From assembly GCA_964644045.1 (NCBI GenBank), contig CAZXUK010000001.1, positions 5,401 to 69,400 of the forward strand: 64,000 nt of DNA, in the 5' to 3' direction. The first letter of the stretch is position 1, and each line of letters begins with the position of its first letter. This document shows positions 43,134-51,520 of the stretch, piece after piece. This DNA comes from an uncultured Gammaproteobacteria bacterium. Lineage in GTDB: Bacteria > Patescibacteriota > Patescibacteriia > Patescibacteriales > JAGXOH01. A program made the position numbers and the translations under genes. The notes beneath the pieces were generated by a model. That model did no database searches. It saw only the letters and a program-made list of their open reading frames with translations, and was not told the origin of the DNA.

Positions 43134-44243
43134 TCATCTTTTATACCACCAAACCGCCAAAGCGGTGGAAATGGGCACAGATAAAATTATACCTATACTT
43201 CCCACCAAGGTTCTAACTATTTCCGTGGCCACGGCCCCGTTGTTAATAATATGCCACCAAGAAGGAAAAGCACTGCTTCCGCTCACAAAAAGCAAAAGCA
43301 AAGGCAAAGATACACCGGCATAAGCCAAAAATAAAGTATTAACCATGGAGCTGATATGGGAAACTCCCACCCGATGACCTTTTTTAAAAATTTCTCCTTT
43401 TGTCTGATAAGGATCGGTTTCTGTTATTTCTTTAACCGTAGTTACTTGGGAAACCACTACATCATCCAAAACCCCCAAACTTCCTATTAAAATTCCGGCG
43501 AGTAACAAACCCTGAAAATTTATATTCTTCTCTCCCAAGCTAACCAAAGGCAGAATATTTTCTCCGCTTAAACCGGTTAGATAAGCTATTTCCATAAAAA
43601 TCCAGGAAAGAAAAAACACTAAGGTCAAACTGATCAAAATGCTAAAAACGGAAATATGGGACACTTGTTTGAAGCCCTCGGTAATATAAATTACCGCCAA
43701 CAAAATCAAGGCCGAGCCCGCAATGGTAATTATAAGAGCGTTACTTCCGCCTAAAATACCGGGAATAATAAATTTTATAATCAGAAAAAAAGTTAAAAAC
43801 AAAGATATCAAAGCTTTTAAACCTTTTAATCTCCCCACCGCAAGCAAAGCCAAAACAAACAAAACCAAAAGCCAGCCCAGGGCGCCGGAGCGCACATAAT
43901 CAGTAATATAATAATTTACATTGCCCTTATGGTCATGCACGGCCGCCACCAAAACCTTATCTCCTTTTTTATAAACCTTGCTATTAGCCGCAACCACCTC
44001 CCCAATCCCGTTAAAAATTATGGTCTCTCCTTTAAACTCTCCTTCTAAAACTTTTAATTCCAATTTTTGTTGAGTAAAATCGCTTGATTTCTTTTCTGCC
44101 CTTTTTTCTTCTAAAATTTTTAACACCCGGGCTTTAAAAATTTTATCAGCCCGTCCGGAAACATTGGCTTGGGCGGTTTGGGCTTGTCCACCAACAGGCA
44201 ACAAAAACAAAAAAATCGCTATTAAGAAAATCTTTTTAAGCAT
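43134..44243 (-). CDS. YibE/F family membrane protein
   Basis: Signal peptide, soluble beta-rich N-domain, about 7 TM helices with an LKGLKALISL-type segment. Confidence 0.55.
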   Translation of the reverse strand: MLKKIFLIAIFLFLLPVGGQAQTAQANVSGRADKIFKARVLKILEEKRAEKKSSDFTQQKLELKVLEGEFKGETIIFNGIGEVVAANSKVYKKGDKVLVAAVHDHKGNVNYYITDYVRSGALGWLLVLFVLALLAVGRLKGLKALISLFLTFFLIIKFIIPGILGGSNALIITIAGSALILLAVIYITEGFKQVSHISVFSILISLTLVFFLSWIFMEIAYLTGLSGENILPLVSLGEKNINFQGLLLAGILIGSLGVLDDVVVSQVTTVKEITETDPYQTKGEIFKKGHRVGVSHISSMVNTLFLAYAGVSLPLLLLFVSGSSAFPSWWHIINNGAVATEIVRTLVGSIGIILSVPISTALAVWWYKR

Positions 44244-44244
44244 A

Positions 44245-45474
44245 TTAAATATTTAAAAAATCCTCAATCTCTTTGCCTTTTTCTGTTTTGGTTATTTTTA
44301 TATCCGCTTCTTTGGCTTTTTCTTTTACCCCTTCTCCTATAAACGGAGTTATGATCTCGTCCGGCACAAAAGTGCGGATCATTCTCATTCCTCCTCCTTT
44401 CTCCTTGTCCAAATAAGGATTATCTATTGTCTTTTTTTGTCTTATATTTTCTCCTTCTTTATCCACTATCAAATACTGCGGTGCCCCCAATTTCTCATAC
44501 ACCCGACCTTCTTTAATTGGAACTATAATTCTATATCCCCTTTTTTCTTCAACTCCCAAATCTCGAGGATTAACAAATCTTTTTTTCCAATTCATTCTTC
44601 TGCCCCAAATAGGCCTGATCGTGCCCGAACTATAATCATGGGACTCTACTTGGATCACCACTTGGTCCAAGCGAGTTATTTTATCCACCAATTCTTGCTG
44701 TAAGGCCTTGGTTTTATCTTGCGCCTGCTTAACTGACAGATCAGCCGGTAGCTTAATGGTAATTTCGGCAAACCCGGCCGAACCTATTTTTCTGGTCTTA
44801 ATATCTGATAACTCAACTTTTTTTTCTTTTAAAATTTTTCTAACCCCCTTTTCCACCTCTTCGTCTTTTACTCCCACCAACTGATCTATAGTTTCAGCTC
44901 CCAACTCCCTGGTTTCATAAATAATATAAAGCCCGATAAATATGGCTAAAACTCCATCAGCCAAAGGAAAAAATTTAACTAAAACCAAGCCCAACAAAAC
45001 CCCCAGAGAAGAGATCACATCGGCCCGAGAGTGCTGGGCATCTGCTACTAAAGCTAAGCTGTCTTCTTCTCTGCCCACCTTGAATTTATATCTGGCCATT
45101 AATTCATTGGCAATAACAGATATTATAACAGCTCCAAAACCCCAAACACTTAACCTGACCGCGCTATAACTCATTAATTGCTCCACCCCTTCATAAATTA
45201 TCCAAACAGCTGAAATAAACAATAAAAAAACTATACCCAAACCGGCAATATTTTCAAAATTGTAATGTCCGTAGGGATGTTTTTCATCTTTGCCTCTTTG
45301 GGAGGCCTTAATACCAAAAAAAGACACAACTGAAGAAAGCACATCCAGACCGGAATGAATTCCGTCCGCCATTAGAGCCGCGCTTCCGGCCAAAAAACCC
45401 GCTCCCAATTTACTTAAAGACAAAAAAACATTAACAACCACGGAAACCCCGGAAGTTTTTTCTTTTCTATTCAT
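44245..45474 (-). CDS. cation diffusion facilitator transporter with an extra C-terminal NifX/NifB-like domain
   Basis: CDF motifs (ADGIHSGLDVLSS, HSRADVISS) and a cytoplasmic CTD. An extra ~110 aa (GYRIIVPIKEGRVYEKLGAPQYLIVD...MIRTFVPDEIITPFIGEG) follows. Confidence 0.75.
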   Translation of the reverse strand: MNRKEKTSGVSVVVNVFLSLSKLGAGFLAGSAALMADGIHSGLDVLSSVVSFFGIKASQRGKDEKHPYGHYNFENIAGLGIVFLLFISAVWIIYEGVEQLMSYSAVRLSVWGFGAVIISVIANELMARYKFKVGREEDSLALVADAQHSRADVISSLGVLLGLVLVKFFPLADGVLAIFIGLYIIYETRELGAETIDQLVGVKDEEVEKGVRKILKEKKVELSDIKTRKIGSAGFAEITIKLPADLSVKQAQDKTKALQQELVDKITRLDQVVIQVESHDYSSGTIRPIWGRRMNWKKRFVNPRDLGVEEKRGYRIIVPIKEGRVYEKLGAPQYLIVDKEGENIRQKKTIDNPYLDKEKGGGMRMIRTFVPDEIITPFIGEGVKEKAKEADIKITKTEKGKEIEDFLNI

Positions 45475-45489
45475 AAAAATTAATTAATC

Positions 45490-46977
45490 CTAAACCCAAC
45501 CCATAACCATGGCCAAGCCCAGTAAAAACATTATTAAACCGGCAAATAAATGAAGTTTATGAATATTATTTTCTTTCCAAGCAGAAACATCTTTTACTTG
45601 TTTGAGGCCCAAATAAACCAAAAACATGATAATCAACATGGGAGCCACAAAAATAAGGTTATAGATCAACAAGGGCGGCAATGATTGAAAAATATTTTGA
45701 ACCGACAAAACTCCGCAACAAATTATATAAGGACCTATGGTGCAGGGAAGTAAAAATAAAGTTACAAAAATCCCCACAATACCGGCCCCCAAGGGCGAAG
45801 TAACCCCGGAAATTAGTTTTTTAACTTTTGGCCGCAGAAGCAAAGGCATTTCCGTGCCCAGGCCACCCGGTTTATAGCTGATAAAATCCTTAATATTTAA
45901 AAGTCCTAAAACAATAGCTACGCCTCCCAAGATCTTATACATCCATAAACGGATGGAAGTAATAGCTTGAACCAATTTTATAAACTTAATAATCACTAAA
46001 CCATAAAATAAATACATCACAAAAACCGCCGCTATAAAAGCTAAGCCGGCTAAGATTATATTTTTTCTGCTCTTGGGGTTATAAGTCAAAATTGTGGTAA
46101 GCATTAAAATCAAAACCGCAAAAGCGCAAGGATTAACTGCGTCCACAACAGCCAAAGAAACAATTTTAAACCAGGTAAAATCAGTATTCATTTTTTCTCC
46201 GGCAAATTTCTGTTTTTGGGTAGAATCTTTTTCGGTTTTTGTCTTATCCCCAGAATTGACCGCAGAAGAACTTTCAGAATTTTTTTGGACATAAGGAACT
46301 CCTTGTCCATTCCACTTAATTATCCAGCCGTCTATCTTAACCGCTTGATCAAACTCTACTTCTTTTCCGGACAAAGACACGGAAAGATCGTTCCAAGAAA
46401 CATAATCACCTTCTTTTTTAATGGTTTCGGCCAAATTATCAACTCCTAAAAATTTTTGTAAATTATCCAGAGAAGCATTTTCCTCTTTTTTTACCAAGAC
46501 CCTGTCCTTTTTCCAGATCTTGGGATAAAAAGGCAAAAAATTTAAATTCAGTTGAGAAAAATTCTTTAATTCTCCGTTAGACAAAGAACATTTATTCTGA
46601 CCGTTTTTCAGTCTCTGTTCAAAATTGTTTAAAATACCCCTATCTCCGCGCAAATAATCATTGGGACCGAATATTAACAAAGGAATTCCCAATCCCGTAT
46701 TATAATTCTCGTTATACTTGCTCATTAAATTGGGATTCCCCGGCGTTTGATAAATCTCGTATTCAATTACTGTTAAATTCTCATATTTTTCAGGCAATTC
46801 TTGTAAAACTTCCGGGTCAGTCTGGGCGCAATGAGGACAGCCCACTCCGGTAAAATAAACCGCGCAAAAATTTTTACTATTACCCTCTTGCGCGGAAACA
46901 TTGAACAAGGGAAAACATAAAATCGATAAAAAAAACAAAATTTGAAAAAATCTCTTTAACCTAAAAACACTGAACAT
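45490..46977 (-). CDS. thioredoxin-like (CPHC) domain fused to a CcdA/DsbD-type membrane electron-transfer domain
   Basis: Signal peptide, GVGCPHCAQ, then 6 TM helices with DAVNPCAF and LPCTIGP motifs. Confidence 0.75.
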   Translation of the reverse strand: MFSVFRLKRFFQILFFLSILCFPLFNVSAQEGNSKNFCAVYFTGVGCPHCAQTDPEVLQELPEKYENLTVIEYEIYQTPGNPNLMSKYNENYNTGLGIPLLIFGPNDYLRGDRGILNNFEQRLKNGQNKCSLSNGELKNFSQLNLNFLPFYPKIWKKDRVLVKKEENASLDNLQKFLGVDNLAETIKKEGDYVSWNDLSVSLSGKEVEFDQAVKIDGWIIKWNGQGVPYVQKNSESSSAVNSGDKTKTEKDSTQKQKFAGEKMNTDFTWFKIVSLAVVDAVNPCAFAVLILMLTTILTYNPKSRKNIILAGLAFIAAVFVMYLFYGLVIIKFIKLVQAITSIRLWMYKILGGVAIVLGLLNIKDFISYKPGGLGTEMPLLLRPKVKKLISGVTSPLGAGIVGIFVTLFLLPCTIGPYIICCGVLSVQNIFQSLPPLLIYNLIFVAPMLIIMFLVYLGLKQVKDVSAWKENNIHKLHLFAGLIMFLLGLAMVMGWV

Positions 46978-46994
46978 ATTTTTTAAATTAATTA

Positions 46995-47321
46995 TTATTT
47001 TTCTCTGGAAATTTTAATGCCTTTGCCTTCTGATAAGGCCTGGCTGACTTTTTTATAAGCCGAACTCAAAATCCTTTGGAAAGTACTTTGAGAAGTATTC
47101 ATCTTTCGAGCACACTCCTTTTGTTCTAAATCCCTGATATTTTTAAGGCGCAGGGCCTCTATCTCTTCCGCGCTTAATTCCACTATTTCCAAATTTCGCA
47201 TAGGCACACCCTGGGGCTTAAAATAATCAGAACGCAGATCCGAACTAACCCGACGCCTTAAAGGGGGTCGGCCCAAGCGACGAGAATAATAAATATTTTT
47301 TCGGAAATCTTTCTTGTTCAT
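46995..47321 (-). CDS. DUF134 (UPF0251) DNA-binding protein
   Basis: GRPP...YFKPQG.P......V.L...E.EALRL.....L.Q.E.A..M..SQ.T..R.L pattern. Confidence 0.8.
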   Translation of the reverse strand: MNKKDFRKNIYYSRRLGRPPLRRRVSSDLRSDYFKPQGVPMRNLEIVELSAEEIEALRLKNIRDLEQKECARKMNTSQSTFQRILSSAYKKVSQALSEGKGIKISREK

Positions 47322-47398
47322 ATAATTATTTATTATACAATAACAAAAAACAAAATTAAAGCCGGAGAAAAATTTCCCCGGCTAATAATTTTGGTCCT

Positions 47399-47665
47399 TT
47401 ATTTTTCTTCGGCCAAATTTTCCTTTTCTTTCTGTATCTGATTCAATTCCTGTTTTAACATCTCTTCTTCTTGCTCCAGGGCCTTTTTTTCATCTGTTTC
47501 AGTCCAGGCTCTACGAAAAGATCTAAAACCAAGCCCGAAACCTCTTCCTCTTCCCGAAAAACCGCCTCGTCTAAAACCGCGAGCAGCTCCGGCTCCGCAA
47601 GGACCCATTCCTCTACCGCTTCCGGGGCCCGCGCCCATAGGACCGGTTCCGTTAAATCCTGGCAT
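47399..47665 (-). CDS. DUF5320 family protein
   Basis: MPGFNGTGPMGAGPGSGRGMGPCGAG N-terminus followed by a coiled-coil tail. Confidence 0.75.
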   Translation of the reverse strand: MPGFNGTGPMGAGPGSGRGMGPCGAGAARGFRRGGFSGRGRGFGLGFRSFRRAWTETDEKKALEQEEEMLKQELNQIQKEKENLAEEK

Positions 47666-47784
47666 AATTTTATTACCTTTTTTATTAATCCCTTGAGGAC
47701 TTAATATAAAATGGTAAATTAATATTTATGAATATATACCTATATCTATTATTGAGTATATACCCATAAATAAATCTTGTCAAC

Positions 47785-48140
47785 CCCTATTACGAATTCA
47801 CAAGATTACGAATTCACAAATTAAATCACGAATTGCACAAATAAAGCTATCAATAATTTTATAAATCTCTCCTCTTTTAAAGTAGAGGAATTGAATATAG
47901 TTTTTAAAAAATTCCTCCCCTTTTTAAGGGGAGGTTAGGTGGGGTTATTCGTGAATTTGTGATCGGATTCGTGCGTTTCGTAATCTTTTTAAGTCCTACC
48001 CATTACGAATTCACGAATTTTATCACGAATTACACGAATAAAACGGTTAATAGTTCTAAAAAAATTCCTCCCCTTTTTAAGGGGAGGTTAGGTGGGGTTA
48101 TTCGTGAATTTGTTATCGGATTCGTGCATTTCGTAATCTT
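47785..48140. repeat. tandemly duplicated ~153-bp-period module built from CACGAAT/ATTCGTG heptamer arms around a CCTCCCCTT/AAGGGGAGG hairpin
   Basis: About 47903-47987 and 48056-48140 are nearly identical (2-3 differences). The left arms at 47785-47830 and 47998-48045 are the inverted counterparts. Confidence 0.8.
48057..48087 (-). terminator. intrinsic terminator of truB (a second copy lies at about 47905-47934)
   Basis: Reverse strand: CCTCCCCTT-aaa-AAGGGGAGG (9-bp perfect stem) followed by AATTTTTTT. Confidence 0.7.
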
Positions 48141-48819
48141 ATGTATTTGTGATTAGATATTCAGTCCAATTTTGAGAAGTGAGAATTTCCGGATTCACAG
48201 CGTTTTTTAGAGTATAATCTCCCACCGCGGTTCTTTGTAGCTCTTTTAGATAAGCCCCGCACTCTAATTCTTGGCCGATATCATAAGCCAAAGAACGAAT
48301 ATAAGTCCCGGAGGAACAAATTATTTCTATCTCCACACCGGGAAAATCATAGTTTTTTAATTTTAATTCATAAACCTCGATTTCCACCGGCTCTCTTTCC
48401 ACGATTTTTCCTTGTCTGGCCAAATTATAAAGCTTTTCTCCTTTTATTTTTTTAGCACTAAACATGGGTGGAATCTGCTTTTGTCTGCCTTGAAAATTTT
48501 TCAAAACTTTTTTTATTTTTTTGCGAGTTATAAATTCAATCTTATTTTCTTCTATAATTTTACCGGTTGAATCATGGGTGTCAGTAACCACTCCCAAACA
48601 AATTTGGGCTTTATACTTTTTTTGAGTTTTGACTATCTTATCAATTTGCTTAGTAGCATTCCTGCCTATTGCCAAAACCAAAACTCCGCCGGCAAAAGGG
48701 TCCAAGGTTCCGGCATGGCCGATTTTTTTAATCCCCGTAATTTTCCTAAGCTGATTAACTATATCATGAGAAGTGGGGCCAACCGGCTTATTTACAACCA
48801 AAAAACCTGAATTTTTCAT
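48139..48819 (-). CDS. truB: tRNA pseudouridine(55) synthase
   Basis: GFLVVNKPVGPTSHDIV...GHAGTLDPFAGGVL. Confidence 0.9.
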   Translation of the reverse strand: MKNSGFLVVNKPVGPTSHDIVNQLRKITGIKKIGHAGTLDPFAGGVLVLAIGRNATKQIDKIVKTQKKYKAQICLGVVTDTHDSTGKIIEENKIEFITRKKIKKVLKNFQGRQKQIPPMFSAKKIKGEKLYNLARQGKIVEREPVEIEVYELKLKNYDFPGVEIEIICSSGTYIRSLAYDIGQELECGAYLKELQRTAVGDYTLKNAVNPEILTSQNWTEYLITNT

Positions 48820-48880
48820 TTTTTACTATTAAAAATAAATCAACACCTAAAACCCAAAAACTAACACCTAAGACCTGTTA

Positions 48881-49153
48881 TTAATATCTAACTTCAAAAC
48901 CCTCAAAATTTTTCAGCTCTTGGGAAAAATCTTGCTCAACCTTATCCACGCGGGCAGAAGATGAGCCTTGCCAACACCAAGCCAATAATTCTTTTAATTT
49001 TTCTTCTTCTCCCTCCGCTTCCAAATAAACCGAGCCGTCCGCTTGGTTGGCCACCCAGCCGGTCAAGCCCAGCTCCCGAGCTTTTTGGCGGGCGGAGTCG
49101 CGAAAAAACACTCCTTGGACCCGTCCGTAAATTGTGGCTTTAAGATGTTTCAT
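48881..49153 (-). CDS. acyP: acylphosphatase
   Basis: IYGRVQGVFFR...GWV.N..DGSV motif, 90 aa. Confidence 0.85.
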   Translation of the reverse strand: MKHLKATIYGRVQGVFFRDSARQKARELGLTGWVANQADGSVYLEAEGEEEKLKELLAWCWQGSSSARVDKVEQDFSQELKNFEGFEVRY

Positions 49154-49184
49154 AACTATACCATAATAAAATAAAGGTAATCAG

Positions 49185-49242
49185 TCAAAACAAAACCCCT
49201 CCCCAGTCCTCCCCTTTGAAAGGGAAGGATTGAGGTGGGGTT
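49185..49242 (-). terminator. long hairpin terminator after the rbr-dfx operon (same CCCCACCT...CCTYCCCTT family as the truB terminator)
   Basis: Reverse strand: AACCCCACCTCAATCCTTCCCTTTCAAAGGGGAGGACTGGGGAGGGGTT followed by TTGTTTTG. Confidence 0.55.
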
Positions 49243-49260
49243 ATCAATTTTTAAAATTTT

Positions 49261-49638
49261 TTATTTACTCTTCCACAATCCGTGAACATTGCAATAAATT
49301 CGCGCGGACAAATTCTCTTCCCGCGCTTCAAATTCAGCTTCCGGCGCCTGCGTGGGGTTTAAAAACTTCTTAAAACTTTTGTCCCCGGCCTGAAGCTCTA
49401 TCCACTCAATATAATGAGCCCCTTCCATGGGATGAGCCACTGAGCCAACCTTAACTTTTACCCCCTTTTCCGATCTTTCAATTACCGGGACATGCTTTTC
49501 CCGGCCCTCATCCTCTTGCTTGGCTTCCAACAACTCCATATTCTCTCCGCAACAAACCAGCTGACCGGCTCCGGCATGCAAAACTTCCACTATATTTCCG
49601 CAAACATTACAGCGATAAATTTGTTTTTCTTGGGTCAT
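49261..49638 (-). CDS. dfx: desulfoferrodoxin (2Fe superoxide reductase)
   Basis: YRCNVCGNIVEV...LVCCG desulforedoxin domain, plus KHVPV and the neelaredoxin domain. Confidence 0.9.
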   Translation of the reverse strand: MTQEKQIYRCNVCGNIVEVLHAGAGQLVCCGENMELLEAKQEDEGREKHVPVIERSEKGVKVKVGSVAHPMEGAHYIEWIELQAGDKSFKKFLNPTQAPEAEFEAREENLSARIYCNVHGLWKSK

Positions 49639-49650
49639 ATTTAAATTTTA

Positions 49651-50232
49651 TTAATAAGTCTCGCATTTAAGCTCAAAATAATTATAAGGATGATCGCAAC
49701 TGGGGCACTTAGCCGGAGCCTCTTCTCCTTCATGAACATAGCCGCATTTTCGGCAAACCCACTCCTTTTTCTCGCTTTTTTTAAAAATTGTCTTTCCCTG
49801 CACTTCTTGCAAAAGACAGGTATAACGATCCTCGTGGTGCACTTCCGCCCGCCCGATAGCTTTTAATCTTTGGGCAATCTCGGGAAGACCCTCTTCTTCG
49901 GCAGTTTGGGCAAACTCCGGATACATTTGACTGTTTTCATAGTGCTCCCCGGCAATAGCGACTTGTAAATTCTCTTCAGTGTCCCCATAATCAGTCGGGA
50001 CCTCAGCCTCTACCTCCAAAGTTTTTTCTTGAAAGTTTTTAGCCTTAAGTTCTTGAATCATTTTAAAAAGCCATTTAGCATGCTCTCTTTCATTTTCAGC
50101 GGTTAAAAGAAAAATCTCGGAGATCTGCTCATAGCCCTCTTTTTTGGCCACCTTAGAATAAAAAGTGTAACGATTTCTTGCCTGGCTTTCGCCAACAAAG
50201 GCCTTGGCCAAATTTTGTAAAGTTTTTTCCAT
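49651..50232 (-). CDS. rbr: rubrerythrin
   Basis: Ferritin-like diiron helices (E..A...Y, E..H) and a C-terminal rubredoxin CRKCG...CPSC. Confidence 0.9.
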   Translation of the reverse strand: MEKTLQNLAKAFVGESQARNRYTFYSKVAKKEGYEQISEIFLLTAENEREHAKWLFKMIQELKAKNFQEKTLEVEAEVPTDYGDTEENLQVAIAGEHYENSQMYPEFAQTAEEEGLPEIAQRLKAIGRAEVHHEDRYTCLLQEVQGKTIFKKSEKKEWVCRKCGYVHEGEEAPAKCPSCDHPYNYFELKCETY

Positions 50233-50368
50233 AATTATTGATATTATTAATGAAGTAATTATATTTTATTAACTTTAACCTTTTTAGTCAATTAATATTT
50301 GTTTAATATTGCCAAAATTTTAAAAAAATGATTAAATAAAGAAAACACCTAACTATTAATAAAAAAAT

Positions 50369-51502
50369 ATGGCTAAAAAATTTGAGGATTTATTAAAAGA
50401 GGATTTTTTTCGTTTTTCCCTGGAAGAAATCAAAGATCTTAAATTAAGATTCTTTAGGGAAGCTTTCCGGCATCACTATAATAATTGCCCGGAATACAAA
50501 AAATATTGTGATTTTTATAAAACCAAACCGGAGGATATAAAAACTTATGATGACCTGGAGAAGATCCAGCCCGTTCCCGCGGACGCTTTCCGGGATTCGG
50601 ATAATTTGATCCTAAGCGTTCCCCGTGAAGAAGTGGTGGAAATCTTTACAACCAGCAGCACTACCTCGCCCAACCCCGTAAGATACGCTTACAACCAAGA
50701 AGATTATGAAATGATATCAAAAATAAACGGTGTTTTATGGAAAGACGGATATGACATTCCCGATGCTCGATCCCTTCTTTTCTTGGCTCCCAGTCCGGAA
50801 GAATCAGATACAGGTTTGGTAAAAGGGGGTTACTTAGGTTGGAAAGGAGTCGGCTTTAAAGATGAAAATATTATTTTCGGGGTAAAAAACGGAAACCTGG
50901 ATGTGGATGATCTTTTAGAAAAGATAGAAAACAGCCCTAAACCCATAACCATTTACGGTCCTCCTTTTGCCTATCTCCCCTTTACGGAAAAATGGAAACA
51001 ACAAGGAGAAAAACCGCTTATTGACTTAAACGGAAAATCCCGTTTTATCACTACCGGCGGATGGAAAGGAGTCAAACATGACATCTCTAAAGAAGAACTG
51101 AAAGAACAAATAGCCAAAACTTTTAATGTTGATCCTTCGGAGATCAGAGATGGCTACGGATCCACCGATATAATGACCATGCTTCCCGAATGCGGCCAGC
51201 AAAGAAAACACGTTCCTTTTTGGAATCATGTTTCTGTAAGAGATCCAGAGGATACCAGCAAGGAATTAGGCCCGGATAAAGAGGGCTTGATAGTTTTAAT
51301 GGCCTCCTGGCCTCAAGCTTATCCCGCTTTTTGTATGACCGGGGATATGGGCTTCATTAAAGAAGAAGACTGCCCCTGCGGAAGAAAAGGACAAACAGTG
51401 GAAATTACCGGCAGAGCCAAAGGAGCGGGAGCTCGGGGTTGCGCCATAAGACTGGAACAATTCATGGAAGCCATACAAAGCAAAGACGCCTTTGATTTTT
51501 AA
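50369..51502 (+). CDS. LuxE-like acyl-protein synthetase / adenylate-forming enzyme
   Basis: Length, the N-terminal FR....Y..C.EY..YC motif, the TTSSTTS P-loop-like motif, and pairing with a LuxC-like gene. Confidence 0.55.
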   Translation: MAKKFEDLLKEDFFRFSLEEIKDLKLRFFREAFRHHYNNCPEYKKYCDFYKTKPEDIKTYDDLEKIQPVPADAFRDSDNLILSVPREEVVEIFTTSSTTSPNPVRYAYNQEDYEMISKINGVLWKDGYDIPDARSLLFLAPSPEESDTGLVKGGYLGWKGVGFKDENIIFGVKNGNLDVDDLLEKIENSPKPITIYGPPFAYLPFTEKWKQQGEKPLIDLNGKSRFITTGGWKGVKHDISKEELKEQIAKTFNVDPSEIRDGYGSTDIMTMLPECGQQRKHVPFWNHVSVRDPEDTSKELGPDKEGLIVLMASWPQAYPAFCMTGDMGFIKEEDCPCGRKGQTVEITGRAKGAGARGCAIRLEQFMEAIQSKDAFDF

Positions 51503-51520
51503 ACCTTTTAATCTTGAAAT

